A stretch of 64,000 nucleotides of DNA from a virus. A program made the translations under genes and the position numbers. The DNA is taken from positions 27,483-91,482 of the IMG/VR virus record IMGVR_UViG_3300050821_004371. One strand, given 5' to 3'. The notes under the pieces were generated by a model. It did no database searches. It worked only from the letters and a program-made list of their open reading frames with translations, and had not been told where the DNA came from. The first letter of the stretch is position 1; every line of letters begins with the position of its first letter. Shown here piece by piece: positions 22,139-30,770 of the stretch.

Positions 22139-22564
22139 ATGCCCAAGACTGAAGATCAAAAGCGAGATGCTTACTACCATAAGAAGTACGGTGTCGGGCT
22201 GGATTGGTACAATGCGAGGTTTGCCGAGCAAGGCGGGTGTTGCGGAATCTGTCGTCGCCCGCAAGAACATTTTACGAAGCGGTTCGCTGTAGATCACGAT
22301 CACGGATGGAAGAAAGTTAAAGTAATCGCGACTTTGATCGCTGATATTTGGTTTGCTTATGCGGATTATCTCGGGCAGAAGTGGGAGCAAGAAACTTACA
22401 AGAAGGCGGAGTCGGTACGGAAAGTGAAGCTGGCACTCAAGAAAATGTCCTGCCGAGGATTGCTTTGCCCGGGGTGCAATCGCGGACTTCGGTATTACGC
22501 CGACGACCCGACGAGGCTCGCAAACGCCGCTGAGTACCTGAAGAGACATCAAAATGCTCGATAA
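22139..22564 (+). CDS. recombination endonuclease VII family protein
   Basis: KYGV...EQGGCCGIC...FAVDHDH...CRGLLCPGCNRGL...A.EYL. Confidence 0.85.
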   Translation: MPKTEDQKRDAYYHKKYGVGLDWYNARFAEQGGCCGICRRPQEHFTKRFAVDHDHGWKKVKVIATLIADIWFAYADYLGQKWEQETYKKAESVRKVKLALKKMSCRGLLCPGCNRGLRYYADDPTRLANAAEYLKRHQNAR

Positions 22565-23249
22565 CTATCTCAAGTGGTTCAAAGCTCACGAATTTCTTGC
22601 AATCGCTTTGATTATAGTTGTTCCCGTCGCCCTGCTCGGTAACAAGGCCCTGAACAAAGATTACGACGCGGCGGTCGCCCGAGAGAAATCCGCCGAACAA
22701 ACTTTACAGACCCAGAAAGAACAGAACGACAAGCTAGCGATCCAGAACCAGCAGGCACAGCAGCAGTACCAGGTTCTTCTCGGGCAAGTCTCTGCGGATA
22801 ACAAGAAGCTGACCGCCGAAATGCTTCAGCTTTCACAAACGCTCGCCGCCCGACAAAAACAGGACGCCGCGCTCCCGTTGCCCGAATTGGCGTCCCGCTG
22901 GGAATTCTTAATTGGAACTTCAGGAATCTCAAGTACGGAAAACGGACTTCAAGCTTCCCCCGATGCGGCGCGGGCGACGGTTTCAAACCTGGAATCGTTG
23001 CCCGTACTCAAACAGCAACTTGCGGATGAAACTACTTTAGCGGGCGACAAAGACAAGCAAATTACGAGCCTCGGGCAAGTCGTTGGTGGGCAGAATACTG
23101 AAATTGCGGGCCTGAATATTCAATTATCGGACGCGAGCAAAGCGTGTCAGGCGCAAGTCGCGGTCGCCCGAAAGTCAAAGTGGCGCTGGTTTAAGTTCGG
23201 ATTTGTAACAGGATTCGTGACGGGCGTTGCGACCGGACATTATTTATGA
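22554..23249 (+). CDS. membrane-anchored coiled-coil protein (possible spanin-like)
   Basis: N- and C-terminal hydrophobic segments, Q-rich coiled coil. Confidence 0.35.
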   Translation: MLDNYLKWFKAHEFLAIALIIVVPVALLGNKALNKDYDAAVAREKSAEQTLQTQKEQNDKLAIQNQQAQQQYQVLLGQVSADNKKLTAEMLQLSQTLAARQKQDAALPLPELASRWEFLIGTSGISSTENGLQASPDAARATVSNLESLPVLKQQLADETTLAGDKDKQITSLGQVVGGQNTEIAGLNIQLSDASKACQAQVAVARKSKWRWFKFGFVTGFVTGVATGHYL

Positions 23250-24840
23250 TTTACAAAATACCAGTCATCGGTTACGTGGTCTCTTTTGTCGAATATCAGC
23301 GGGCAAATCGCGCCTATTGGAAAGTGGCGGATAAAGGCCCTGAATTTCCAGAGTACAACAAAGCGTACGCCGCAACCTGGGTCGCTTTCGATCATACTTT
23401 TGAAGCCTTCTGTTGGACGAGCGGATTTTTAATACTCGCCGCGATAGTTGGCGGAATGGTGTTTCTCCCGTGCATCTAGAAAGAGGAGTCTTTCCGCAAG
23501 ATTTGGTCAGAGGGAAGAACACCCCGAAAGCAGAAGACGAGGTTGAAAAGGAACTGATGCGGATTTATCGGATCGCCCCAGTAGCGTTCTCTGGGGCCGA
23601 TATGACGGGCTTTACAATCGGGGTAAAGCAGGAAGAGATTCTCTGCATTATACAGAAAACAGATTACGAGAAATTGCCCGAGGAATCAAGGCCAACACTG
23701 ATAATGCGGTACATTTTCAAAACTCCCGAGGAACAAGAAGCATTCAGCCTCGGGTCTCGTATTGAGGTCGTCACGGGCTTCGAGCCTTTTGCTACGATGG
23801 TTTATGGAAGCCCGCAATCTTTTGGGGCATACGATGAAAAGACCGGGCAGTACGTTTCGGAGGTTGGTAATTAATGATCCTAGAAATCGGGTATCTGACG
23901 CCGCAGCGGTATACAGATGAAATCAATATACTCAAACGCATCCAGGGCGGGTGTACGCAAATAATTGCGGAAATTTCTCCCGCCGACAGGTCGTTCTTCG
24001 AAAACGAGGGATTTTTCGTCGGCGGGACAGTTTCTCCCAAAACCGGGCCCATCCGTCTCATCGTCAAGAAGAATCTTCGAATAGACATCAGCGAGCCGTT
24101 GTGTACGGAAAATGAATTAACTATCGCGGAATCTGAGTTCCTGAAGATGCTAGCGGCCCGCTATCCTACACCGTATGCGCCTTGCATTGGTTTGTCGCCC
24201 GACTGGAGGACGATAGCCCGAGAATGGTATGAGGGACCTTATAAGCGGGCAATGCAAGAAGTCGGAGATCGAATTGCCCGCAGCGGTGGAGAAAGCCAAC
24301 TAACAATGGTCGGCAATTTCGAGGGGTCCCCAGACGGAACGGACACGTGGAAAATATGAAAGTCTACGTCGTAATGTCGGGTTTCTATGACCAATACGGT
24401 CTCAGTCAAGTCTTCGGGACCCGAGAATCGGCTGAGAAATACATCCAGCGGCACGTTAAAGGCGCATCTTCTTGGGCGGACGAGGTGCAGCCCGGATTCT
24501 ATCACACGATAGAGGCTGTAGTCGGAACCGAATCCCAAGAATCAGAGTTGGTTTATTTATGACATTTATAACAAACGCTAGCATCAAATATCCCTCGGGC
24601 GATGTCCGAGTTGCCTTCGACAGGGAATTGGAAGTGACGGTTGATACCCTATTGGAGAAGCAAGACATCATTCGGATGGCTGCACAAATTCTGGCGGGAG
24701 TTGCGAAATCCGATCAAATCCAGATTCGGGTATCGGCTGGCGATTTGCTGGCTGTTTTGGACCCTCATGCGGAAAAGGAGCAAGAAGCCTGAGATGCCCG
24801 AGATATATTGGTATACGAAAGAAGACATTGATCGTCTCGG

Positions 24841-24870
24841 TAGACGTATATGTCCGAAGTGTGGTAAAAT
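24841..24870 (+). promoter_or_regulatory. candidate promoter upstream of the pentamer arrays
   Basis: TAGACG-18nt-TAAAAT with extended -10 TG. Confidence 0.4.
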
Positions 24871-24921
24871 ATACCGTGAGTGCAAATGTTCCGATGAAGA
24901 AACCTGAGATCAAAATTCCGT

Positions 24922-24980
24922 GACGGGGCGTGTCTAGACGAGACTACACTAGACAGGACGTGACAAGACATGACAAGAAC
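24922..24980 (+). repeat. GAY-NN pentamer array A (11 units; putative guide RNA)
   Basis: GACGG GGCGT GTCTA GACGA GACTA CACTA GACAG GACGT GACAA GACAT GACAA GAAC. Confidence 0.9.
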
Positions 24981-24994
24981 TTTGATTTTTGCTA

Positions 24995-25034
24995 GACTAG
25001 ACATGATTCGACCCGACGAGACCGGACAAGACGA
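24995..25034 (+). repeat. GAY-NN pentamer array B (8 units)
   Basis: GACTA GACAT GATTC GACCC GACGA GACCG GACAA GACGA. Confidence 0.9.
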
Positions 25035-25046
25035 GAAAGGCCAAAA

Positions 25047-25898
25047 GTGAACAGCGAAGCGACGACCTTAAATCATCTGACCGAAATTGAAACCATGCTC
25101 CAAGACTACGAACCTATAGTCAAGCAGAGCATGTTGATTGACGGACAGGCTCGGTATGTAACTTGGGATTTCCGCAAAACCGCGCACGAAACTATTGAGC
25201 TTCTTCAGATCACCGATATTCAGTTCGGGCACAAACAGTGCGACGAACAGAAATTGCACGAATACTTGTCGTGGGTCTTGGCCGCCGATAATCGCTACAT
25301 TCTGCTTGTTGGCGATTTGATTGACGCGGGGCACCAATTGTCCAAGGGAAGTTGCTTCGAGCAGATTGGCGATCCGCAGACCGAAGTTTGGCGGCTTGTA
25401 GAAATTCTCGCCCCGCTTCGGCACCGCATTCTTGGGTATGTCGGCGGCAATCATGAGCGGCGTACGATCCCGACCTTCGGAGATGCTGGGAAGAACATCG
25501 CATCCATTTTGCGGATTCCGTACAGCCCTGGCAAGCAGCACATCGACATCTTGTTCGGGGATCATAAACCGTTCAAGATCACTCTCTGGCATGGTGGGGG
25601 AAGCGGCGGGACAAAAGGCGCTATCGCTAACACGGTATACCGCCTGATGATGCAGGCGGACTCTCAACTGTACCTTCTTGGACACCTTCACCAAGCCGTT
25701 GTGTTGCCCGATGCTCGCGAAACCAGAGACGGGAAAGGCGGGATTAAAATCACTAAGATCATGGGCGCGATGGGCACATCGTTCTTAAAGCATTATGGGA
25801 CGTACGCCGAAGTAATCATGGGAACCCGCCCGCAGACAATTATGATGGCTCGTGCTATAATCGAAAAGAACGGACATTGGGAGTTGACTTTACGCTAG
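25047..25898 (+). CDS. calcineurin-like metallophosphoesterase
   Basis: TDIQFG, VGDLID, GGNHE, WHG, GHLH motifs. Confidence 0.85.
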   Translation: MNSEATTLNHLTEIETMLQDYEPIVKQSMLIDGQARYVTWDFRKTAHETIELLQITDIQFGHKQCDEQKLHEYLSWVLAADNRYILLVGDLIDAGHQLSKGSCFEQIGDPQTEVWRLVEILAPLRHRILGYVGGNHERRTIPTFGDAGKNIASILRIPYSPGKQHIDILFGDHKPFKITLWHGGGSGGTKGAIANTVYRLMMQADSQLYLLGHLHQAVVLPDARETRDGKGGIKITKIMGAMGTSFLKHYGTYAEVIMGTRPQTIMMARAIIEKNGHWELTLR

Positions 25899-25952
25899 AC
25901 TCGTCACGACGCGACGCGACGTGACATGACTGGACAAGACATGACAAGAACC
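25898..25952 (+). repeat. GAY-NN pentamer array C (10 units)
   Basis: GACTC GTCAC GACGC GACGC GACGT GACAT GACTG GACAA GACAT GACAA GAACC. Confidence 0.9.
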
Positions 25953-26142
25953 AATCATAGCGGATTCTTAAAGGGGCTGGAAGCTCAAGCCCAAAAGTTG
26001 ATTCGGGAAGTGAAGCGGGAATCGGGGGTCAAAAAGCCCGGAGATAAGCCTTTGCTTATTGTACCGCCCGATCTCTCATTGCCCGAACGACAAACAATTT
26101 CTGGCGGGGCGAGATTAGTTCGCCCGCCAAACGATGTTTCGT

Positions 26143-26207
26143 GACCGGACTGGACACGACGCGATTAGACAGGACAGGATTTGACTAGACCGGACATGAC
26201 AAGAACC
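26143..26207 (+). repeat. GAY-NN pentamer array D (12 units)
   Basis: GACCG GACTG GACAC GACGC GATTA GACAG GACAG GATTT GACTA GACCG GACAT GACAA GAACC. Confidence 0.9.
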
Positions 26208-26249
26208 AGATTGTACAAAAGCTAAATTCAACCGCTCAAGGAGAGCAAA

Positions 26250-26828
26250 ATGAAAACAGCAAAAGTACGCCTGAAGTCAGCATCCCCGTATGCCCAAGGA
26301 CGGCATTACGCAAACGAAGTTCCTAAGCTTAACAAGGAAGGCGCGGACGCCTACGAGCAGCGCACTTGGGTCAACCGCTTGCACACCACGACCGAAGGCA
26401 AGGTTTTGATTCCGCCCTTCGCGTTCAAGAACGCTTTAGATGATGCCGCCAAGTTCCTCGGCGAGCAGATTCCGGGCAAGGGAAAGTCAACGTACACAAA
26501 ACATTTTCAGGCAGGCGTCATGGTGCTGGACCCGATGGTTCTCAAGACGCATAAGGACGATGTTCGCAAGGAAGCCCGATTCGTGCCCGCAGATGGCAAG
26601 CCCGGAAGCGGCAAGCGGGTTATGAAGTATTTCCCTGTGATCGACTCGTGGGAAGGTGAGGTCGAATTTCTCGTGCTAGACGATACAATCACGTTGCCCG
26701 TGTTGGAGCACCATTTGAAGCAAGCGGGGCAGTTCATCGGCCTCGGCGTATCTCGCCCGCGTAATCGTGGCGTATATGGGCGGTTCATCGTGGAAAAGGT
26801 GGAATGGAAGGATTCTGCAACAGTTTAA
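26250..26828 (+). CDS. stand-alone RAMP/Cas7-like RNA-binding protein associated with pentamer arrays (Vipr-like)
   Basis: N-terminal strand VRLKSASPY; IPPFAFKNAL (IPxxxxK of Cas7-group RAMPs); C-terminal G-rich loop AGQFIGLGVSRPRNRGVYGRF; AAGGAG RBS. Confidence 0.75.
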   Translation: MKTAKVRLKSASPYAQGRHYANEVPKLNKEGADAYEQRTWVNRLHTTTEGKVLIPPFAFKNALDDAAKFLGEQIPGKGKSTYTKHFQAGVMVLDPMVLKTHKDDVRKEARFVPADGKPGSGKRVMKYFPVIDSWEGEVEFLVLDDTITLPVLEHHLKQAGQFIGLGVSRPRNRGVYGRFIVEKVEWKDSATV

Positions 26829-26832
26829 GCGA

Positions 26833-26897
26833 GACGGATCGGGACGCGGCATGGCTTGACTTGATTTGACACGATACGACTTGACGAGACTTGACAC
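26833..26897 (+). repeat. GAY/GGC-NN pentamer array E (13 units)
   Basis: GACGG ATCGG GACGC GGCAT GGCTT GACTT GATTT GACAC GATAC GACTT GACGA GACTT GACAC, then GAGG RBS of recA. Confidence 0.9.
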
Positions 26898-26906
26898 GAG
26901 GTTTTA

Positions 26907-27881
26907 ATGGCTCTCAAAGAAGCTCTCACCCGTTTAGATAAATTGTTTGGGAAAGGCGTTGTCCTTCGCCTTGGAGACCACAAACCCGTTTCCGTTGAAA
27001 GTATAAGCACGGGCATCATGGGACTTGACAACGCCATCGGCATTGGCGGGCTTCCCAAAGGCCGAGTGGTAGAAATCATCGGGGCTGAATCGGGAGGCAA
27101 AACCACCCTCACTTTGTCCGTGATTGCAGAATGCCAAAAAGCAGGGGGTATCGCAGCTTTTATCGATGCCGAGCATAGTTTTGATCCAGTTTGGGCCAAG
27201 AAGCTGGGCGTGGATGTGGACAACCTGCTGGTTTCGCAGCCGGACTATGGCGAGCAGGCTCTCGAAATCGCGGAGAGTTTGATTCGGTCGGGCGATATAG
27301 GAATCGTTGTTGTTGATTCCGTAGCGGCTTTGACGCCAAAAAGCGAGATTGAAGGAGAATTCGGCGACTCGCAGATGGGTTTACAAGCCCGAATGATGTC
27401 GCAGGCAATGCGTAAGCTGACCTCCGCCACTCATAAATCCAACGCAATTCTGGTGATGATAAACCAAATTCGCGAGAAGATTGGCGTTTTTTACGGGTCT
27501 AATGAAACAACTCCTGGTGGGCGGGCCCTACGTTTTTATTCAAGTGTCCGCCTAGACGTACGTCGAGCGTCCACGCTGAAAGATGGGGAAGAACCAAGGG
27601 GCATTCGCGTCAAGGTTAAGGTAATCAAGAATAAGTGTTCGGCTCCGTTTAAGACGGCAGAATTCGATCTGATTTTCGGGCGCGGAATTGACAAAGAAGG
27701 CGATCTCGTTGATCTCTGTACGGAAAACGGAGTGATTTCTAAGAGCGGGGCGTGGTTCGTCACCGAGGGCGGTAGGAAGTTTCAGGGTAGGGATGCCGTG
27801 GTTCAGGCGTTTCGCGATGATTCGGATTATGCGGGCGGGTTCAAAACCAAGTTGCTCGAAAAGCTATGCTCAAAAGGATGA
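26907..27881 (+). CDS. recA: RecA recombinase
   Basis: [21 protein letters not shown]; FIDAEH; [12 protein letters not shown]; DSVAAL; [14 protein letters not shown]; [10 protein letters not shown]; KVIKNK. Confidence 0.97.
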   Translation: MALKEALTRLDKLFGKGVVLRLGDHKPVSVESISTGIMGLDNAIGIGGLPKGRVVEIIGAESGGKTTLTLSVIAECQKAGGIAAFIDAEHSFDPVWAKKLGVDVDNLLVSQPDYGEQALEIAESLIRSGDIGIVVVDSVAALTPKSEIEGEFGDSQMGLQARMMSQAMRKLTSATHKSNAILVMINQIREKIGVFYGSNETTPGGRALRFYSSVRLDVRRASTLKDGEEPRGIRVKVKVIKNKCSAPFKTAEFDLIFGRGIDKEGDLVDLCTENGVISKSGAWFVTEGGRKFQGRDAVVQAFRDDSDYAGGFKTKLLEKLCSKG

Positions 27882-27978
27882 AAAATCGCTATCGAGAAGT
27901 AAAAATGCTTCATATCGGGCTAGGCTCGGGCGTCTGGCATTTGATCGATATCGTTTACGTGCTTACGGGCAGGATATT

Positions 27979-28920
27979 ATGAACCTTCACAGCTATCCAA
28001 AAGTTTTTGCTATCGGGCACCGAGCGGTTGCCGACCTGTTTCAGGGCCCCGTGCTCGTTGAGGAAAAGATTGACGGCAGCCAGTTTTCCTTCGGTACGGT
28101 TAACGGACAACTTGAGCTCCGATCCAAAGGCGCGGAACTCTACCCCGACAACCCCGAGAAGATGTTCTCGCTCGGAATCTCTGCCGCCAAAGAACTAATC
28201 CCCGTCCTTCACGATGGCTGGACGTATCGGGCGGAGTTCCTCCAGAAGCCGAAGCATAATTGCATGAAGTACGGGCGGGTGCCTGCCCGCAACGTGATCT
28301 TGTTCGATGTCAATACGGGCGACGAAGTTTATTTAACTCGGGAAGAAAAGGAAGAAGAAGCTGCCCGTATCGGGCTGGAAATAACGCCCGTACTTTATCA
28401 GGGCTTGGTAGACTCGCCCGAAACTCTTTACGGGCTTCTGAAACGAGATAGCATCCTTGGCGGAGGGAAGATCGAAGGAATCGTAGTCAAGAACTACAAT
28501 CAGTTTGGCGCGGACAAGAAAGTCCTGATGGGGAAGTTCGTGACGGAGGAATTCAAGGAAACGCATTCCAAAGAATGGAAAGCCGATAACCCGAGCGTAG
28601 GAGACGTAATAGATCGAATCGTAGCAACTCTGCGGTCAGAAGTCCGCTGGAATAAATCCATTGCCCGGATGAAAGAAGCGGGGGCGCTCGAAAATTCCCC
28701 CAAAGATATCGGAATCTTGCTCAAAGAAATCCAAACAGATATCCGAGCGGAAGAACTTGACTTCATTCAAGGTAAACTGCTAGAGTACGCTCTGCCTCGC
28801 GTCCTGCGGGCGTCCACGGGAGGATTCCCCGAATACTACAAGAAACTGCTGCTTGAATCAGCATTCGAGGAGAAAGAAAGTGCACCATCGTTGGGAGGGT
28901 CGTCACGAGAAGTCAATTGA
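27979..28920 (+). CDS. ATP-dependent RNA ligase (Rnl2-like)
   Basis: SYPK; EEKIDGSQFSF (KxDG); YRAEF; LFDV; IEGIVVK; GKFV. Confidence 0.75.
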   Translation: MNLHSYPKVFAIGHRAVADLFQGPVLVEEKIDGSQFSFGTVNGQLELRSKGAELYPDNPEKMFSLGISAAKELIPVLHDGWTYRAEFLQKPKHNCMKYGRVPARNVILFDVNTGDEVYLTREEKEEEAARIGLEITPVLYQGLVDSPETLYGLLKRDSILGGGKIEGIVVKNYNQFGADKKVLMGKFVTEEFKETHSKEWKADNPSVGDVIDRIVATLRSEVRWNKSIARMKEAGALENSPKDIGILLKEIQTDIRAEELDFIQGKLLEYALPRVLRASTGGFPEYYKKLLLESAFEEKESAPSLGGSSREVN

Positions 28921-29085
28921 GGAAATAGCGAGCGAAATCGGTTGCTCGAAGCGGGCGGTCAAACAGGCGTTAGATCGAGGAATGAAGAAGCTTAGGGACG
29001 GGCGGGCTGTACGAATAAAGGATTTGGCAATCGCCCGAGAAAAGGAAGTTCGTTACGGGCTTCCGAGGATAGTCAAGGAGGGTTT

Positions 29086-29388
29086 GTGAGCACTATAACT
29101 GATCCGCTGGATTTAGTCTTAACCGTCAACAATTTACCAGAGAATAGTTTGGCTCTAGAAGTCGCGACGGAGATCGGGCGAGCAAGATCGATGTTTCCTG
29201 CTATCCATAATCCGCACGAAGGGCTGGCAGTCATCCGCGAAGAGTATTTGGAGTTCGAAGCCGAGGTCTGGAAATACAACCCTTTTAAGAATCGCGACAC
29301 TCGACCACAAATGAGAACCGAGCTTATTCAGTTGGCAGCGATGGCCCTGCGGACAATCCTAGACACTATTGATAAGGACCCAGCATGA
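29086..29388 (+). CDS. MazG-like NTP pyrophosphohydrolase
   Basis: HEGLAVIREEYLEFEAEV...RTELIQLAAMALR. Confidence 0.55.
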   Translation: MSTITDPLDLVLTVNNLPENSLALEVATEIGRARSMFPAIHNPHEGLAVIREEYLEFEAEVWKYNPFKNRDTRPQMRTELIQLAAMALRTILDTIDKDPA

Positions 29389-29789
29389 AAGTCTACTTAG
29401 CAGCAGGTTTCTCCCGTAAAAACGAAATTGCCGAGAAATCTCAAGAGCTTGAGAATCTCGGCATAGTTGTAACATCGACTTGGCCTTACGAGGATATTTC
29501 GGGCAACGCTAAACTTCACGAGGTTTCGGACGAATACCTCCGCACCCACGCCCGAAAAGACTTGAATGAAATCCTTTCAGCGGACGCGATCATATTGTTC
29601 ACCCAAGACCCTCTGGTTCCGTTTCATCGTGGCGGGCGAATGCACGAGACGGGTTTTGCTCACGCGCTCGGAAAGTCCCTGCTGATCTGCGGGCCTCGGG
29701 AGAACCTATTTCATTGGCTGCCCGAGTTCAACCAGTTCAACACTTGGGAAGAACTCAAGGCAACTTTAACCAAAGCTATTCTTGTCTAG
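29385..29789 (+). CDS. nucleoside 2-deoxyribosyltransferase-like protein
   Basis: MKVYLAAGF...DLNEILSADAII...GGRMHETGFAHALGK. Confidence 0.75.
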   Translation: MKVYLAAGFSRKNEIAEKSQELENLGIVVTSTWPYEDISGNAKLHEVSDEYLRTHARKDLNEILSADAIILFTQDPLVPFHRGGRMHETGFAHALGKSLLICGPRENLFHWLPEFNQFNTWEELKATLTKAILV

Positions 29790-29796
29790 GAGAAAT

Positions 29797-30258
29797 ATGT
29801 CGTACGAGGAACACAGAGATGTTATTCTCGGGCCAATTCCGCCCGTTGATCCTAAATTGAAAGAGTTGCTGAAGAAAGAGCCCGTAGCTTACGTTGAGGA
29901 TAAGCCTACGCAGTTTTTGGTTGCGGGCGAAAAGAAATCAATCCTGCCCGAATCTGCTGCTGAAAGAAAAAAGATTCCGATTGGTACGGGCGTCCTCGAC
30001 TACTTCCCCGCCGCTTTGGCTGCCGTCGCCGCTGTGTCGTTTGCGGGCAACGAGCAGCATAATCCTGGTCAAGAACTTCACTGGTCGCGAGGGAAGTCTG
30101 GCGATCAGGCGGATACTTTGATTCGACACTTTCTGGAGCGCGGGACTTTGGATGTTGACGGGCACCGCCACTCGGCAAAACTTGCGTGGAGGGCGCTCGC
30201 CATACTCCAACTTGAACTTGAAGCCGAAGGCGCTCCAATTGCCCGAGGAGCTAAATAG
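29797..30258 (+). CDS. DUF5664-type dATP/dGTP diphosphohydrolase
   Basis: YFPAALAAVAAVSFAGNEQHN...W.RGKS..ADTLIRH...DVDGHRHSAKLAWRAL. Confidence 0.7.
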   Translation: MSYEEHRDVILGPIPPVDPKLKELLKKEPVAYVEDKPTQFLVAGEKKSILPESAAERKKIPIGTGVLDYFPAALAAVAAVSFAGNEQHNPGQELHWSRGKSGDQADTLIRHFLERGTLDVDGHRHSAKLAWRALAILQLELEAEGAPIARGAK

Positions 30259-30514
30259 GAGGAAATATGTGCGTAGTTAGTGCTATGATTGACAGTTCCC
30301 GGCAATGGGGCCCGATTCAAAAATGGCCGTATCCCGTAGTACAAGATATGTCAGACATTATCCGAAGGCTCGCGGAGATCGACAAGAAACTCGGGGCCAA
30401 GGACTGCTTTGATCCCAAGAAAGATTTTTTCATTCAGGAATTGTCCGAACGATTGGCGGCTTTAGAAGCGGTAGCGAAGACGAAGAAAGCTCGTAAGAAA
30501 ATACAGAAAACGAA

Positions 30515-30736
30515 CTAAAGCCCGATCTTCTTGGCGACAACATGGAACGCCCCGACTAGGGGGACGATCACGGCGCTCTGAATCCAGAATCGGGTGTCGG
30601 CGGTCTTCTGGGCGTCTTCGAGCATTGTGACGCGCCCGTGCTCGCCCGCAAGACTTTCAAGCATACCCTTAATCTGCCCGATATCTGACGCCATCTGTAA
30701 ATTGTATTCCCGTCTCTCGTGATGCTCGATTTCCAT
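30515..30736 (-). CDS. small membrane protein (holin-like candidate)
   Basis: coiled coil plus C-terminal hydrophobic segment at end of late operon. Confidence 0.35.
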   Translation of the reverse strand: MEIEHHERREYNLQMASDIGQIKGMLESLAGEHGRVTMLEDAQKTADTRFWIQSAVIVPLVGAFHVVAKKIGL

Positions 30737-30770
30737 ATTTTCCTTTCGGGCGATTTATACTTTTTCCGTA

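Noticed and set aside
22112-22140. TTGACA-17-TAATAT promoter
   Set aside because: The -10 element overlaps the start codon of the gene it would drive, so it is unsupported.
25926-26144. 72-aa ORF between arrays C and D
   Set aside because: It starts inside array C with no clear RBS or recognisable family. It may be real but cannot be supported.
24922-26897. Canonical CRISPR array next to the Cas7-like gene
   Set aside because: There are no 23-50 bp repeats with unique spacers. The periodicity is 5 nt, so it is reported as a different system.
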